Assembly: GCA_964036045.1 (NCBI GenBank)
Contig: OZ038379.1
Location: forward strand, 49,600,001-49,664,000
Length of the DNA stretch: 64,000 nt
DNA from: Eutreptiella sp. 'Long Island Sound 2002'
Lineage: Eukaryota > Protista > Euglenida
Direction of reading: 5' to 3'
Shown: piece by piece, positions 25,863 to 38,260 of the stretch
Numbering within the stretch: position 1 is the first letter of the stretch
Layout of the letters: the number at the start of each line of letters is the position of its first letter
Made by a program: the position numbers and the translations under genes
Notes under the pieces: model-generated
What the model saw: only the letters and a program-made list of their open reading frames with translations
Databases searched by the model: none
Told to the model about the DNA's origin: nothing

Positions 25863-27012
25863 TGGGCCGGACATGTCCCATGCCGGTTGCCCCTGACCCA
25901 TTGAGTCCGTTTGTGGCGTAGGCAAGTTCATTCCAGCCTAGTGGGCCTACCGGCAATGGCGACACTGGTGACCAAATGTGCACCAACGCATGTCAAAGCA
26001 CGGAGCGTATGACGGCGGCGCATGCGGCGCGTGCGAGAAGAAGGATTGTGCCCACTCCGGTTGCGCGAACCCGTTGACACCCAACCATGGGCTCACGGTC
26101 GTGCCTTTTTGCTGCGCCGCAGGTGCACCTGTTGCCGAAAGTCGTCCGTGGCGGCAACAACGCAACTCTTCAAGAAAGATGCGCTCAGCCCATGCGGCAT
26201 TGGATGATCCATCCACTGGGGCCGATGCTGGTCGGGACCCGACCAGACCTTTGCTTAAGGGTGGTCCGACTGGACTGGGGGGGGGGGGGGGGGTGGGTGG
26301 GTGGGTCCGTGGCCTGTGGGTGGGTGGGTTAGTTTGGTTTTGGGCAATTTGGCCCAAGGTGCCTACTCCCCCCCAGGGGGGGGGGTGGGGTCTGGGTTGG
26401 TGGGTGGGTGGGTGGGTGGGTAGGGGCTGGGTAGGGCCTGACTCTCCCAAACTAACCGGGTAGCCAGGATGGACCAGACATTTTGCTGTATCCTGTGCAG
26501 GCTTCTGGTCCAGCGATGCTGCCAGAGGCCGCCCTTCACTTCAAGGAGGTCACGGTGCATCCCCCACGATGCATGCCCCTCTCTGCCCACTCCCTGTGCA
26601 GCAAAAAGGAGCCAGCACTAAGTTATGCCTGTTTGTCCTGCAGTTGTGTGTGGGTGGGTGCGTTCAGTTGGTTGACAGTGACAGGTGCCTTGCTTGTCCC
26701 ATCTCGGGCTCTCTCTGATGCTTCAAGTGGTTTGCTTCGCTCTGTTTTTTTTTGGTGTCTGTTGGGCCAGTTCTAGTTATGGCCTCCAGTCAGTCATGCT
26801 TCCTTGCTTGTGAGTGAGTTGTCGTTGTCAGAGAGATTGGGGGGGTGTCAGAGAAACACGGGCAGCGTCCTTTTTTTTCTTGTGCCCGACGCTGGATGCT
26901 GCACCCCCACAGCATCCACCCTCCTGCAGGTGGGTACCCTGGTGGCAGCGCAGGTTAACCCCTGTGCAGCCCTCTCATTTCAAGGGAATTCCAAAAAAAA
27001 CGAATTTTCAGG

Positions 27013-27415
27013 TTGTACACAGTACTGGAGCTTTGGGATGACAGCAGATGGGCCAGTGGTTCACACCGTGCATGCAAGTTGCATTGTTGTTTCTTGTGTT
27101 TCCAGGTGCAAAGACATTTCTTCGGATAAAAAAAAACTGATAAAAAAAACAGATGGCAGCCTGTACAAAGTACTTGAGCAGAGCGCTGCTGTAACAGCTG
27201 GTGGTCCAGTGGTAAAACCCTGTGCACAGTACTGGAGCTTTGGGATGACAGCAGATGGGCCAGTGGTTCACACCGTGCATGCAAGTTGTATTGCTGTTTC
27301 TTGTGTTTCCAGGTGCAAAGACATTTCTTCTGATAAAAAAAACAGATGGCAGCCTGTACAAAGTACTTGAGTAGAGCGCTGCTGGAACGGCTGGTGGTCC
27401 AGTGGTAAAACCCTG
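27013..27415 (+). repeat. Tandem duplication of a ~200-bp unit
   Basis: cacagtactggagctttgggatgacagcagatggg...gtggtccagtggtaaaaccctg occurs twice (about 27016 and 27225). Confidence 0.9.
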
Positions 27416-27458
27416 GGCTGTTATCTCGCAGGCGTGGGTTCAAACACGGGGTCCGGCA
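27390..27458 (+). pseudogene. tRNA-like pseudogene or SINE head (anticodon loop CTGTTAT, GTT = Asn-like)
   Basis: A-box-like TGGTCCAGTGGTAA, B-box GGTTCAAAC, D-stem GGT/ACC, partial acceptor GCTGG/CCGGC; anticodon and T stems imperfect. Confidence 0.45.
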
Positions 27459-28949
27459 CTCTCAAATTTTAGGTCCCTGATGCTCTGGCAAAATTTTCAG
27501 TATGCAATTGACTGACATATGATGCAGGCTGAACTAACCCCCCCCCGGACTGGGGGACCCCCCCCCCCCTACTGGGGGAGTAGGGGGGGGTCTGGGTGGG
27601 TGGGTGGGTGGGTCAGCTTGGGTGGGTGGGTGGCTTGGCCAGTCCTGAGGCAGCCCCAAAATGACCCCCCCCCCCCTCCAGTTGCTAAGCAATGGTCTGG
27701 ACCCGACCCCAAATGGGGGGGGGGGGGGCTCTACGGACCCCAAAATTGTCGCACGGAACAATGTGCTTTGTCGGCGCCAGAGGCGCCGCAGATTTTGTTT
27801 TAGGCATACCGCCGGGGGAATTTTTTTTGTTCGACCCTATGTGGTTGTACCCAACGTACTTAGAATTTCGTGGAGATATCAAAAAATGGGTGAAAAGCAC
27901 ACAAAAGTTTATTGTACCCTTCGTTAACCGGCCGTTTGAATCCGAGATTCACGGTACCGTGAATTTCACCTATTTTTGCTGTTTTTTGCTCGTAACTTGG
28001 TGCCATTGTGTGCTTTTGTCGTGCTATCTTCGCCCAAAGTAAGATCCAACAAATGTGTGCAATTTAGAGGTTTGAAGTAGTCGCATGCTTCAACACATTT
28101 GGTGAGATTCGCGTGAATGTGAAATTCACGCACCCAAATTCACGCACAAATTCACGCTAGATTCACAGATCCACGAGAATGTGCAATTCGCACGAAATTC
28201 GTACGAATTCGTACGAATTTCGTACCAATTTAGTGCGAATTTCGTGCGAATTCGTACGAATCGGCCCCAATTTCGTCTTGTCACTGCTATTTGTTGCACA
28301 CATTGGATATTGAACAATTTGTTTTGTAGATCCCTAGATACACGCTAGCACGCACAATTTCGTTCTAGCCTAAAACGACATCGTGAGGGCATTCTACCCC
28401 ACAACATCTAGCTAGAACGTAGACTATAACAGGAATCATTCTAGCCTAGATGTATTCTACACTAGAACACAAATAACAAATCAAAACAATACACATTACA
28501 TTTCTTAATCTTTGTTGCATTGCTCACAAATTTGTTGCGAAGGGCATAGGTTATAGGTGATAGTGGATGCAGTGGTGGGGGGGTCCGTTGGGGTCAAAGC
28601 ATTGTTGCATTGCTCACACAGTTGTTGGGAAGGGCAAAGGTTATAGTTGCTAGTAGATGCATGAGGGTGGGGTGGGGGGGTCCATTGGGTCAAATCATAG
28701 GAGTGTAATCAACCACGTCTAGGGTTGGGAGGGGGGGGGGGGCAAGGAGACCCCCCACTTACAGCCCCTGAGTGTCTGGGTGTGGGGTTATGAGGGTGTC
28801 TTGCTTGTTGCAGTGTGGTTAAGGTTAGGGAGGGTATCCTTTTTCTCTTCACAGGTTTTGTGTATCCCCATGGCTCTCATGTGCTAGTTCTCATACTTTG
28901 GCAGCAAATAATCAAGTCAGCGCCGACTTTACAGTATGCTCCCGTGTCT

Positions 28950-29083
28950 ACTCGGAACTGTGTACTACACAGGGGAATCTGACTGTTTAATTGAAACACA
29001 GCTTTGCGATGGGACCTGCTGGCTGGTTCCGCGAGGTGACTTCTGCCCAGTGCTCTGATTGTCAATGCAAAGAGATTTAGCCG

Positions 29084-29141
<58 letters not shown>

Positions 29142-29465
29142 GACTGATTATTGACGCGCATGAATGGATCAACGAGATTCCTGCTGTCCCTAGATGCTGG
29201 CTGGTGAACCAACCGCCAAGGGAACGGGCTTGGGTGTTCCAGCGGGGAAAGAAGACCCTGTTGAGTTTGACTCTAGTCGGACAGAGTGCAGCAGCATGGA
29301 GGGTGTAGCACAGGTGGGAAGTGCGCGCCAACTCATGGCATTGATCATGGCCTTCGCGGCCATCTCGACTGTCGGCTCTTCCTTCTGGATGAGGCTCCGC
29401 GCTGCTACGCGCAAGCTTGCAATGAAATACCACTACCTCCACAGCCGCTTTACTAATCGGATGAT
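28950..29465 (+). rRNA. Isolated LSU (28S-type) rRNA fragment, probably a pseudogene
   Basis: Conserved GGGGAATCTGACTGTTTAATT, GCGGGAGTAACTATGACTCTCTTAAGGTAGCCAAATGCCTCGTC, GGGGAAAGAAGACCCTGTTGAG, TGAAATACCACTAC. Flanked by non-rDNA and a GT microsatellite. Confidence 0.93.
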
Positions 29466-29483
29466 TCGGGTACGGGTGTGTAT

Positions 29484-29484
<1 letters not shown>

Positions 29485-29518
<34 letters not shown>

Positions 29519-29585
29519 TGTGTGTGTGTGTGCCGGGGGGCAGGTGTAGGGAAATGTGTGTGCTTGGTTCTTTGGTCACCTCACA

Positions 29586-29646
<61 letters not shown>

Positions 29647-29714
29647 TGCGTGTGTGTGTGTGTGTGTCTGCGTGTGTGTGTGTGTGTGTGTGTCTGTGCG
29701 GTGTGTGTGTGTGT
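29485..29714 (+). repeat. (GT)n microsatellites
   Basis: Direct reading; they generate the spurious CV/HT ORFs. Confidence 0.97.
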
Positions 29715-31927
29715 GCCGGGGGGGCAGGTATAGGGAAATGTGTGTGGGTGTGGGGACTTCGGTACATGCATAGGTGGTGTTGGTGTGGCTCTTCGTGTGT
29801 TGTCCTGCAAAAATGGTACGAAATTCGTACGAGATTCGTACGAAGTTCGTACGAAATTCGTACGAAATTCGTGCGAATTTCGTACGAAATTCGTGCGAAT
29901 TTCGTACGAAAAGTGCCTCACAGATAGGTACTGTGAATGTGGTTGTTACGAAATTCGTACGAATTTCGTACGAACTTCGTACGAATTTGGCACGAAGTTC
30001 AAACTATTTGCATGAACTTGTGTCATTTTTGTGTGTGTGTGGGTGTGCCTGGTCAGAGGGGTTGTTGTTTGTGTGGGCGTGGGTGCATGGTGTGTGCGTG
30101 CCTGGGTGATATGTGCATGCATTGGTGGTTCTTGGGTTCTTGGGTGGTTTTGTTGAATCATGTGGGACGATACTTTTGTGCTGTTTGTAGTTTGTGACTG
30201 TCTGTCGTTTGTGTTTGTTGCGGCTGATTGTCATGATGTGTGTGTGATGCCTGCTTTTCGGCTGTGTTGGTATCGCTGTTTTGCTTGCTGCTTGTTGTGC
30301 TTCGTGTGTCTGCTGCTTCTCACTGGTGACTGTTGCTGATGACGTGACTGTGTTGTTCTTCTGTGTTGTTGTTGTGTTGCTGTGCTGTGTGCTATTGGTG
30401 GGTGTGGATGGTTGCATGGGCGGCTGCCTGTTGTTGAATCATGTGGGACAATATTTTTGTGCTGTTTGTAGTTTTGTGACTGTCTGTCGTTTGTGTTCGT
30501 TGCTGCTGATTGTCATGATGTGTGCGTAATGCCTGCTTTTCGGCTGTGTTGGTATCGCTGTTTTGCTTGCTGCTTGTTGTGCTTCGTGTGTCTGCTGCTT
30601 CTCACTGGTGACTGTTGCTGATGACCTGACTGTGTTGTTCTTCTGTGTTGTTGTTGTGTTGCTGTGCTGTGTGCTATGGGCTGACTGTGTTGTTCTTCTG
30701 TGTTGTTGTTGTGTTGCTGTGCTGTGTGCTATGGGTGGGTGTGGATGGTCGGATGGGTGGCTGCCTGTTGTTGAATCATGTGGGACAATACTTTTGGGCT
30801 GTTTGTGGTTTGTGACTGTCTGTCGTTTGTGTTTGTTGCTGCTGATTGTCATGATGTGTGTGTAATGCCTGCTTTTCGGCTGTGTTGGTATCGCTGTTTG
30901 GCTTGCTGCTTGTTGTGCTTTGTGTGTCTGCTGCTCCTCATTGGTGACTGTTGCTGATGACGTGACTGTGTTGTTTTTCTGTGTTGTTGTTGTGTTGCTG
31001 TGTTGTGTGCTATGGGCTGAATGTGTTGTTCTTTTGTGTTGTTGTGGTGTTGCTGTGCTGTGTGCTATGGGCTGAATGTGTTGTTCTTCTGTGTTGTTGT
31101 TGTGTTGCTGTGCTGTGTGCTATGGGCTGACTGTGTTGTTCTTGTGTGTTGTTGTTGTGTTGCCGTGCTGTGTGCTATGGGTGGGTGTGGATGGTCGGAT
31201 GGGTGGCTGCCTGTTGTTGAATCATGTGGGACAATACTTTTGTGCTGTTTGTGGTTTGTGATTGTCTGTCGTTTGTGTTTGTTGCTGCTGTTTGTCATGA
31301 TGTGTGTGTAATGCCTGCTTTTCGGCTGTGTTGGTATCGCTGTTTGGCTTGCTGCTTGTTGTGCTTTGTGTGTCTGCTGCTCCTCATGGGTGACTGTTGC
31401 TGATGACCTGACTTTGTTGTTCTTCTGTGTTGTTGTTGTGTTGCTGTGCTGTGTGCTATGGGCTGAATGTGTTGTTCTTTTGTGTTGTTGTGGTGTTGCT
31501 CTGCTGTGTGCTATGGGCTGAATGTGTTGTTCTTCTGTGTTGTTGTGGTGTTGCTGTGCTGTGTGCTATGGGCTGAGTGTGTTTGTTCTGGAGAAAAATG
31601 ATACAAATTCATGCAAATTGTTCGAAATTCGTACGAAATTGGTACGAAGTTCGTACGAATTTCGTACGAATTTCGTACGAAATTCGTAACAACCACATTC
31701 ACGGTACGTATTCACGGTACTTTGGGGGCGAATTTCGTACGAAATTCGTACGAAATTCGCACGAATTTCGTACGAATTTCGTGCGAACTTCGTACGAATT
31801 TCGTACCATTTTTGCGGGACACTGCACGAAGAGCCACACCAACACCACCTATATGCATGCAACAAAGTCCCCACACCCACACACATTTCCCTGTACCTGC
31901 CCCCCCGGCACACACACACCCACAAAC

Positions 31928-31960
<33 letters not shown>
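29700..31960. repeat. Long inverted repeat (arms ~29700-30030 and ~31590-31960) built on TTCGTACGAA palindrome arrays
   Basis: ccggggggcaggtatagggaaatg...aaaaatggtacgaaattcg...gaatgtggttgttacgaa is reverse-complemented at 31680-31910. Confidence 0.88.
30130..31575 (+). repeat. Tandem repeat, ~285-bp core with variable ~55-bp TGTTG-rich subunits
   Basis: tgtctgtcgtttgtgtt recurs at about 30199, 30481, 30817, 31263. Confidence 0.9.
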
Positions 31961-31963
<3 letters not shown>

Positions 31964-32049
31964 ATGCACAAAACACACACCTACCCTCGATGAAAGCAAA
32001 CAGCCCCCCACTCGACCCACACCCACACACTGCCCGCCCACACACCCTC

Positions 32050-32942
32050 ATACGTACCTGGACAGTGGATGTGTCACGGTTAGATGTTTAGGGGGGGGGG
32101 TTCTGTGTGTGTGTGTGTGTGTGTCTGCCTGTGTGTGTGGATGGGTTTCTGTGGATGGATATGTGTGTGTTTTTCTGTGGGTGGGTTGGTGTGTCCATGT
32201 GTATTTGGGTGTGTGGTTGTGTGTGTTTGTGTGTACGCGCGTGTTGCTGTGAGGTGCGGGAAGGGTGTGTCTGTATGTGTGCGTGTGTGTGTGTGTGTGT
32301 ATGGCTTGTGCGTATATGTGGTTTGGTGCTCCTCACATCCTCACCCCCCCCCCCCCCCACACACAGGCGCACGCCCACACGCAGAACCAAAAAGACAGTC
32401 ATGCACCCCCCCCCCAACCCACATACCATCAATGAAACGTACCTGGACAGTGGATGTGTCACGGTTAGATGTTTAGGGGAGGGGGGTTCTGTGTGTGTGT
32501 GTGTGTGTGTCTGCCTGTGTGTGTGGATGGGTTTGTGCGGTTGCGTGTATGTGGGTCGGTGTGTCCATGTGTAGTTGGGTGTGTGGTTGTGTGTGTTTGT
32601 GTGTGCGCGTGTGTTGGTGTGAGGTGCGGGAAGGGTGTGTGCGTATGCGTGTGTATGGCTTGTGCGTATATGTGCATGGTTTGGTGTTCCTCACATCCTC
32701 ACCCCCCCCCCCCCACACACACACACAGGCGCACGCCCACACCCAGAAACAAACAGACAATCGTACATGTAACCCCCCCCCCCCCCCACACACACACACC
32801 CACATGCCATTAGTGGAATGAAGCCGCCCTGCAACCCAACCCACACGCACACCCACAAACTGCCTAGCCACACATACGCACACACACCTGCATAGTGGAT
32901 GTGTCGTGGTTAGGTATGTGGGGCGGGATCATTGTGGGTGTG

Positions 32943-32985
<43 letters not shown>

Positions 32986-33290
32986 ATTGGTTTGTGTGCC
33001 TGGGGGCGTGTTTGTGTGTGGGTGTGTATCCATGGGTCCGTGGTTGTGTGTGTGGGTGTGTGGGTGTTGGTGTGAGGTTTGGGACGGGTTTGTGTGCGTA
33101 TGTGGTCGGGTGGCCCCCACATCTTCACACACACCAACACACAGACGCATGCCCGCACGTAGACACAAACAGGAAGTCATGCATCCACCCACATGCAAAC
33201 CCAACCATACACCCATACACAAACCCACACAAATCAACACACCCCACACAAAGGCACACCCACACACATGTGCACATGTTGCATGTAGCC
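32050..33290 (+). repeat. Three diverged ~385-450-bp tandem units (GT-rich then CA-rich)
   Basis: tacctggacagtggatgtgtcacggttagatg at about 32054 and 32438; variant at about 32887. Confidence 0.8.
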
Positions 33291-35140
33291 AAGGTGCCTG
33301 CAGGGGTGCATTGGGGGGGGGGTACCCCGGGTGTTAGGACAAATGAGGGGGTGCACAAGGGTGAAATTTGTATGAATTCACGTGAATTCACGTGAAATTC
33401 GTACGAAATTGGTACGAAATTCATGCGAATTTCGTACGAATTCACGTGAATTCACGCCTGTGAATTGGCTACAGGCTTGCCGGGTTTCGGCACCTCTCGT
33501 TTTGGGCACGCTTCGGACATGATAGATGCTTTTGGGGCGGGACTTTCATTGGATGATGCGTAATGAAGCCGGGGGAAGAATTTGGGCCCCTCAAATCCCT
33601 CGGAAGGATCCAAAAATATGGCATTTTCCCCCAAAAACCTCAAAATTTGGGTAAATTCACGTGAAATTCACGCAATTATTCAAACGGCCACTTAACCCCC
33701 GTTCACGAAGGGTACAATGTGGCCACCTTGCCCACAAGTGGGCCACTTCTGATTGTGCCCCCCACTCTGAAGTGGAGGGGACCCCCCAGGTGGTAGGGGT
33801 TATGTAGCCACCTTGCCCAGTTGTAGGCCACTTCTGATTTTGTCCCCCGCTCTGAAGCAGAGGGGATCCCCAAGACGTTGCAAGCCTTTGACAATTTCCG
33901 GGCCCCATTGCCACCGAAGGTGAAGCCCGCTGCGCCGCTGGCCCTACCCACTGTTCTCCCTGCTCTTTTCTCTGCGCCAAACCAGGGTAGTAGTAGTGGT
34001 GGCAGTAGTAGTAGCAGCAACTCCACCACCAATGCCTCCTCCAGTACGAGTGCATCCCTCGGCAGTAGTGCCCCGTCAAGCACTAGTGACTACGTGCCAT
34101 CGGAATCCATGTCTGATGGGCCGGCAGCTTGCCACGTCACAAGATCGCAAGCAGCCTGCCCAAAGAAGCGTGCTCGCCCCAAGAGTACCGGCAAGAGGGC
34201 ACGCGACGAGTGGGAGGATGATTCCGATGCTTGAGGCCCCTCCCCTCCCTTCGCTTCTCTACATATATGTCTGCGGTTTGTGACAAGGGGAAGGGAAGGC
34301 CTTTGGGCGGACTCAGGCGGCATTCAGTAGTGCTCTGAAAGTGCTGCAGTGCAGCAAAACAATCATGAGCTATGACCAGTCACAGTGCGTCTTGTTAGCT
34401 TTGTGTGTTTGCGCGCTTGGACGGGGCCTGACCTAAAAGGTTTTGGGTTTGGGTCAACGAAGGGGGTGTGTGTGCCCCCCCCCCCCCTTTCGGAGGGGGG
34501 TGCCCTCCCCCCCCCCCCCTCACAGCCCTCCAAACTGTCGAACAACCCTCGGGGTCAGACAGTGGCTGGCGGCGGCCCCCGTGGATCCATCGGATACTTT
34601 CTTGAACAGGGCCACAATGCTGCTCATCCACGAGTACAGTAGATGCTCTTGGATCAGGTTGTTGATTTTGGCTACCGTGAGGGCCGGCACGATGTTTTGG
34701 CGCAAGCCGTCATTCTCCAAGTTCGCGGTACATGGCGCTATGATTTCGCCTCTTCCTTAGCGGCCATCAGCAGTAGGGGTGTCCGTAGCACCTCGGCGAA
34801 ACCGTGCATGCAGGAGCTGGCTACCGAGAGGATTGCCACCAGACATGGCGCCGGAGGAGGCACCACAGCGGCTCCTACAGCAACTGGCATTGCGGAAACT
34901 GCGGCGGTTCGGCGGCCCACAACATCATGTCGGCAGTAGGATACCGCGACAAACTATGATTACTGGCCCGCACTGTATCACACGCACAATGGTTGGCCGT
35001 CAAGGCCATTGTTCGAGTCTCATCCCCCAAAGTGCCCCCACGAGTATGGACAACAACTAGAGACCTGGAACACTAGGACATGCATGGGGACACTGAGATT
35101 CGGAGCGTGTATTCTTCGGTGCCGTATTGGCGGTTGTGTA

Positions 35141-35520
35141 TTGCGCGCAGGGGACCTTGCATCGTTGTGGTAGGCTTGGTTGGCCACCGCCGGCTTGGTC
35201 ACCTTCCACGATGATAAATTCCATGGACAAGATACCTCCTACTCACTCTCACCTTTCGTGGAATCCTGGAGGGCGCACATCTATGGACAACGGCGCCCCG
35301 ACCACAAGGACTTTAGCAAGTTGTTCCCCGGAGGCAAAGCGACCGTCACGAACTTGCTGTGAGACATCGTGCACACCACGCTGGCCGCCGGAGTCACGTG
35401 CCACCCGTGCGGGGCCGCACCCTTCACCCGCATGGGGGGCAGCATCGGAGCTTTGGTCGGCCGGGCACACTAGCACTTGTAGAAGCAGGTGCAGCACTAC
35501 GCCCATGCTGCTCCGGCGTG
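35141..35520 (+). pseudogene. Tyrosine recombinase domain
   Basis: One frame with stops: LRAGDLASL (R-box), VTFHDDK, LFPGG, VTCH, VGRAH, QHYAH (catalytic Tyr). Confidence 0.6.
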
Positions 35521-36997
35521 GGTATGACCTCACCAACTGCACGTGCCGCTGCCCCAAACAGCCGGCACCCCGCACCGATACGCCAAGAAGATGGTGCCCG
35601 CCGGGAACTCATAGCCACGGGACGCTTTGAAGGCGGTACCACAGCCTTACACGCCGCCGTGCGCACATGGGGCCGTCACACGACCCGTGGCTGTGCCGGA
35701 CGGGCAGGACGGGTCATGGCTGTGCGGACAACCGGTCGGATAGTGACCCACTAGCCGAGGATAGCAAGGACCTCAACAACGTGGACGCACCCAAGCACCA
35801 ACCGCCCACACCCCAATTCCGTGCATCAGCTCCCCTTGCGCGAGGCGCCGCCACGGTGGTGGCCATGCCATCGGCTAGGGAACCACCGCCGCCGGTGCGG
35901 GCAGCCCCGAGCCCCGCCCTAGGCATGACTCCGGCCCCACACCCCAAACGCCCGTTACGGCACATTGTTCTCATCCACCCTTCCGCCGCCAACGAACACG
36001 CAGGGGCGCACGTGCAACCGGACCCAAGGTGTGCTTGCGCTGCTATAAGCGCGCCTACACACCCAACGGCAGCAGGCACTGCTGTAGCCGCTAGGTGCCC
36101 TACGACCGGGAGCAACGACCTGCCGCAACCGGCCCAGCAAGAGGCACCATTGGTTACGGACCGCGATGCAGGGGCCACCCACACCAACGCCACAGTGACC
36201 GCGATGCCCTAGCACCACTGCCACGAGCAGCAGGGCACCTCATGCAGGCGGCGCAGTGCCACATCCAGAGCACGTACCACCAGCCCCCGGTGATGACACC
36301 CACGGCGTGTGCGTCCTTGAGGATATGGACTGCAACGCGGCGACCACCAACAGTGCCGCCGCCAACGAGCGTAGTACCCAAGCACCAGGGCCAAGGGCCA
36401 CAGATACCAGGGCACCCCGGAACAGTGCGCGAACAACGCACCAGCAACACACGCCGTTGGCATCGGACAACACCATCCAAAAAGTCTGCAAACCCAACAA
36501 GCCCGCGGACACAGTGGACGCACCAAGGTTGCCCAGCCGATCCCCGACCACGAGCCCCGAGCGGGCAGGCAGCGACGACACGCACGGCGAACACAGCACC
36601 TCTAAGCAGGGGCTTCTACCGCCATCAACCTCCACATCCGCCAGCTTCAACCCTGTCAGCCGGTGGTATCCCCGCCGCATATGCCCGTCATCGCTCAGTG
36701 ACTCTCAGTTCGCGCCCTCAACGGTCTCGGATGACAGCCACTACACCACGAGCACCAATACCGCCATCGGGCTTTCGGGCAGCACCCCAAGGCGCATGCT
36801 GAAGCAGACCAAGGGAGGGCCCCCTACCCTAGCGCAGGCCTAACGGCCGCGATGACATGCCCTCAGCCAACGGGCAGGGGTTACCACGGCAGCAATGCCC
36901 CAAAGCGCACGAGATGAGGACCCACACACTGGGTATGTGGTCACGGCGCCTCGGAGGGGCGAGCGACTCCAAAAATGGGTAGCCGTGCAACTACCAC

Positions 36998-38260
36998 TTG
37001 GTACCCACGGAACGGGGGCACATAGCCGTGCTACGCGAAATTGCCAAGGCTGTACCCAGCATGGCACACAAGTACACCTGGACAGGTGGATCTGAGAAGC
37101 TCAACCAGGGACTCATCACGATTTTGATTGACACCATCATTGTGGGAGCGGAATATTGGGGCAAGACGAAGACTGTGTGCGTGGCGATCAGGGACACGCT
37201 CACCGACGTGTGCCAGCTCTTCACAAAGCTGGACGTCTCCAACATGTTCTATACATGCAGACCACCGCCAGAGGCGGTTGGGGGGATAGGCGTACATATC
37301 GGAGACATGGTGTACGGCTTCCCGGGCCTCTCTTTCAGGTGGACACACCGCTCAGCACCGGCGCAAAAGTTGCTGGGGACATACCTTAGAGTGCTACACC
37401 CGGACCAAGTGATAGTGTTGCAGTACCTCGACGATATGTTGATGTTTCGCACGTACCGCAGCTTGTTGCGGATGGATACCGTGGAACTCTCAACAACGCT
37501 CGAACCCGGAGGATGGGTAGTCAACCCCAAAATGAGAACTCGAACCAGCAGAGCGCATCCAATGGATGGGGAAAAACATCAACCGGACGGACCACACCAT
37601 GAGCAGCGACACGGGGTACCCGGCAGCGCTTGTGACATTGTGAATCAACATGTGCACAACGGGGTACACCCAGCGGGGACTGCACCGCATCCACGGCCGC
37701 ATCTTGTGGGCGTGGCGACCTGGTAACCCCGCCATGCCGTTCGTGGCGGATGCATTCGCCTGGCTGTACTGGGGACCTATGGCCAGCCTCCAAGCACACT
37801 CCACCCACTGTGGCCAAGGGATTGGCACAGGCCATGGCGCTGATGTTCCGCCCGTGGCGCGCGGCGGCGCCACCCTAGACGGGGCCGCGGTGGTTTGTGG
37901 ACGCGGCGCCATATAAATTCTTCTACGTTGTGGGTCTATGGGCATGTGGGGAGCAGACATCGGGTACCGCATGCGGCAGGCATCCGCGTGGGTATGATCT
38001 CAGCAGCTAGCGGAACTGTATGGCCTCACCACGGCACTCAAGGAGGCGGCGTACAAGCAGTTATCGGGGCTTGACATCGTGCAGGGTAACCTGGCGACCC
38101 TTACGTTAGTCATGCACCTGTGCGTGGCACCGCTGTTGCGCGCACCGCACTGGATATTGCGGCGACTACACCACACCCTACGCTGGAGCGGGGTCCAGCC
38201 GCGGTTATACTCAGTGGCCTCGGAGTACAACCCCGCGGAGCCAGTCTTGCGGGCACTGCA
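36998..38260 (+). pseudogene. DIRS-type reverse transcriptase and RNase H
   Basis: TKLDVSNMFY, LQYLDDML, GWVVNPK; downstream ELYGL, QGNLATL, SVASEYNPAE (RNase H-like). Confidence 0.85.

Larger units (their letters stand above)
27913..33716. mobile_element. 5.8-kb non-autonomous TIR element with TGTACC termini and 2-bp TSD (AT)
   Basis: Left TGTACCCTTCGTTAACC-GGCCGTTTGAAT; right reverse complement TGTACCCTTCGTGAAC...GGCCGTTTGAAT. AT on both flanks (27911-12, 33717-18). TTCGTACGAA arrays near both ends. Confidence 0.75.

Noticed and set aside
28815-28835. Telomeric TTAGGG repeat
   Set aside because: Single isolated hexamer.
28950-29465. Functional rDNA operon
   Set aside because: Only about 0.5 kb of LSU, with no SSU, 5.8S or remaining LSU nearby.
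21228-33445. Long CV-, HT- and TTPHH-rich ORFs
   Set aside because: Translations of microsatellites and tandem repeats.
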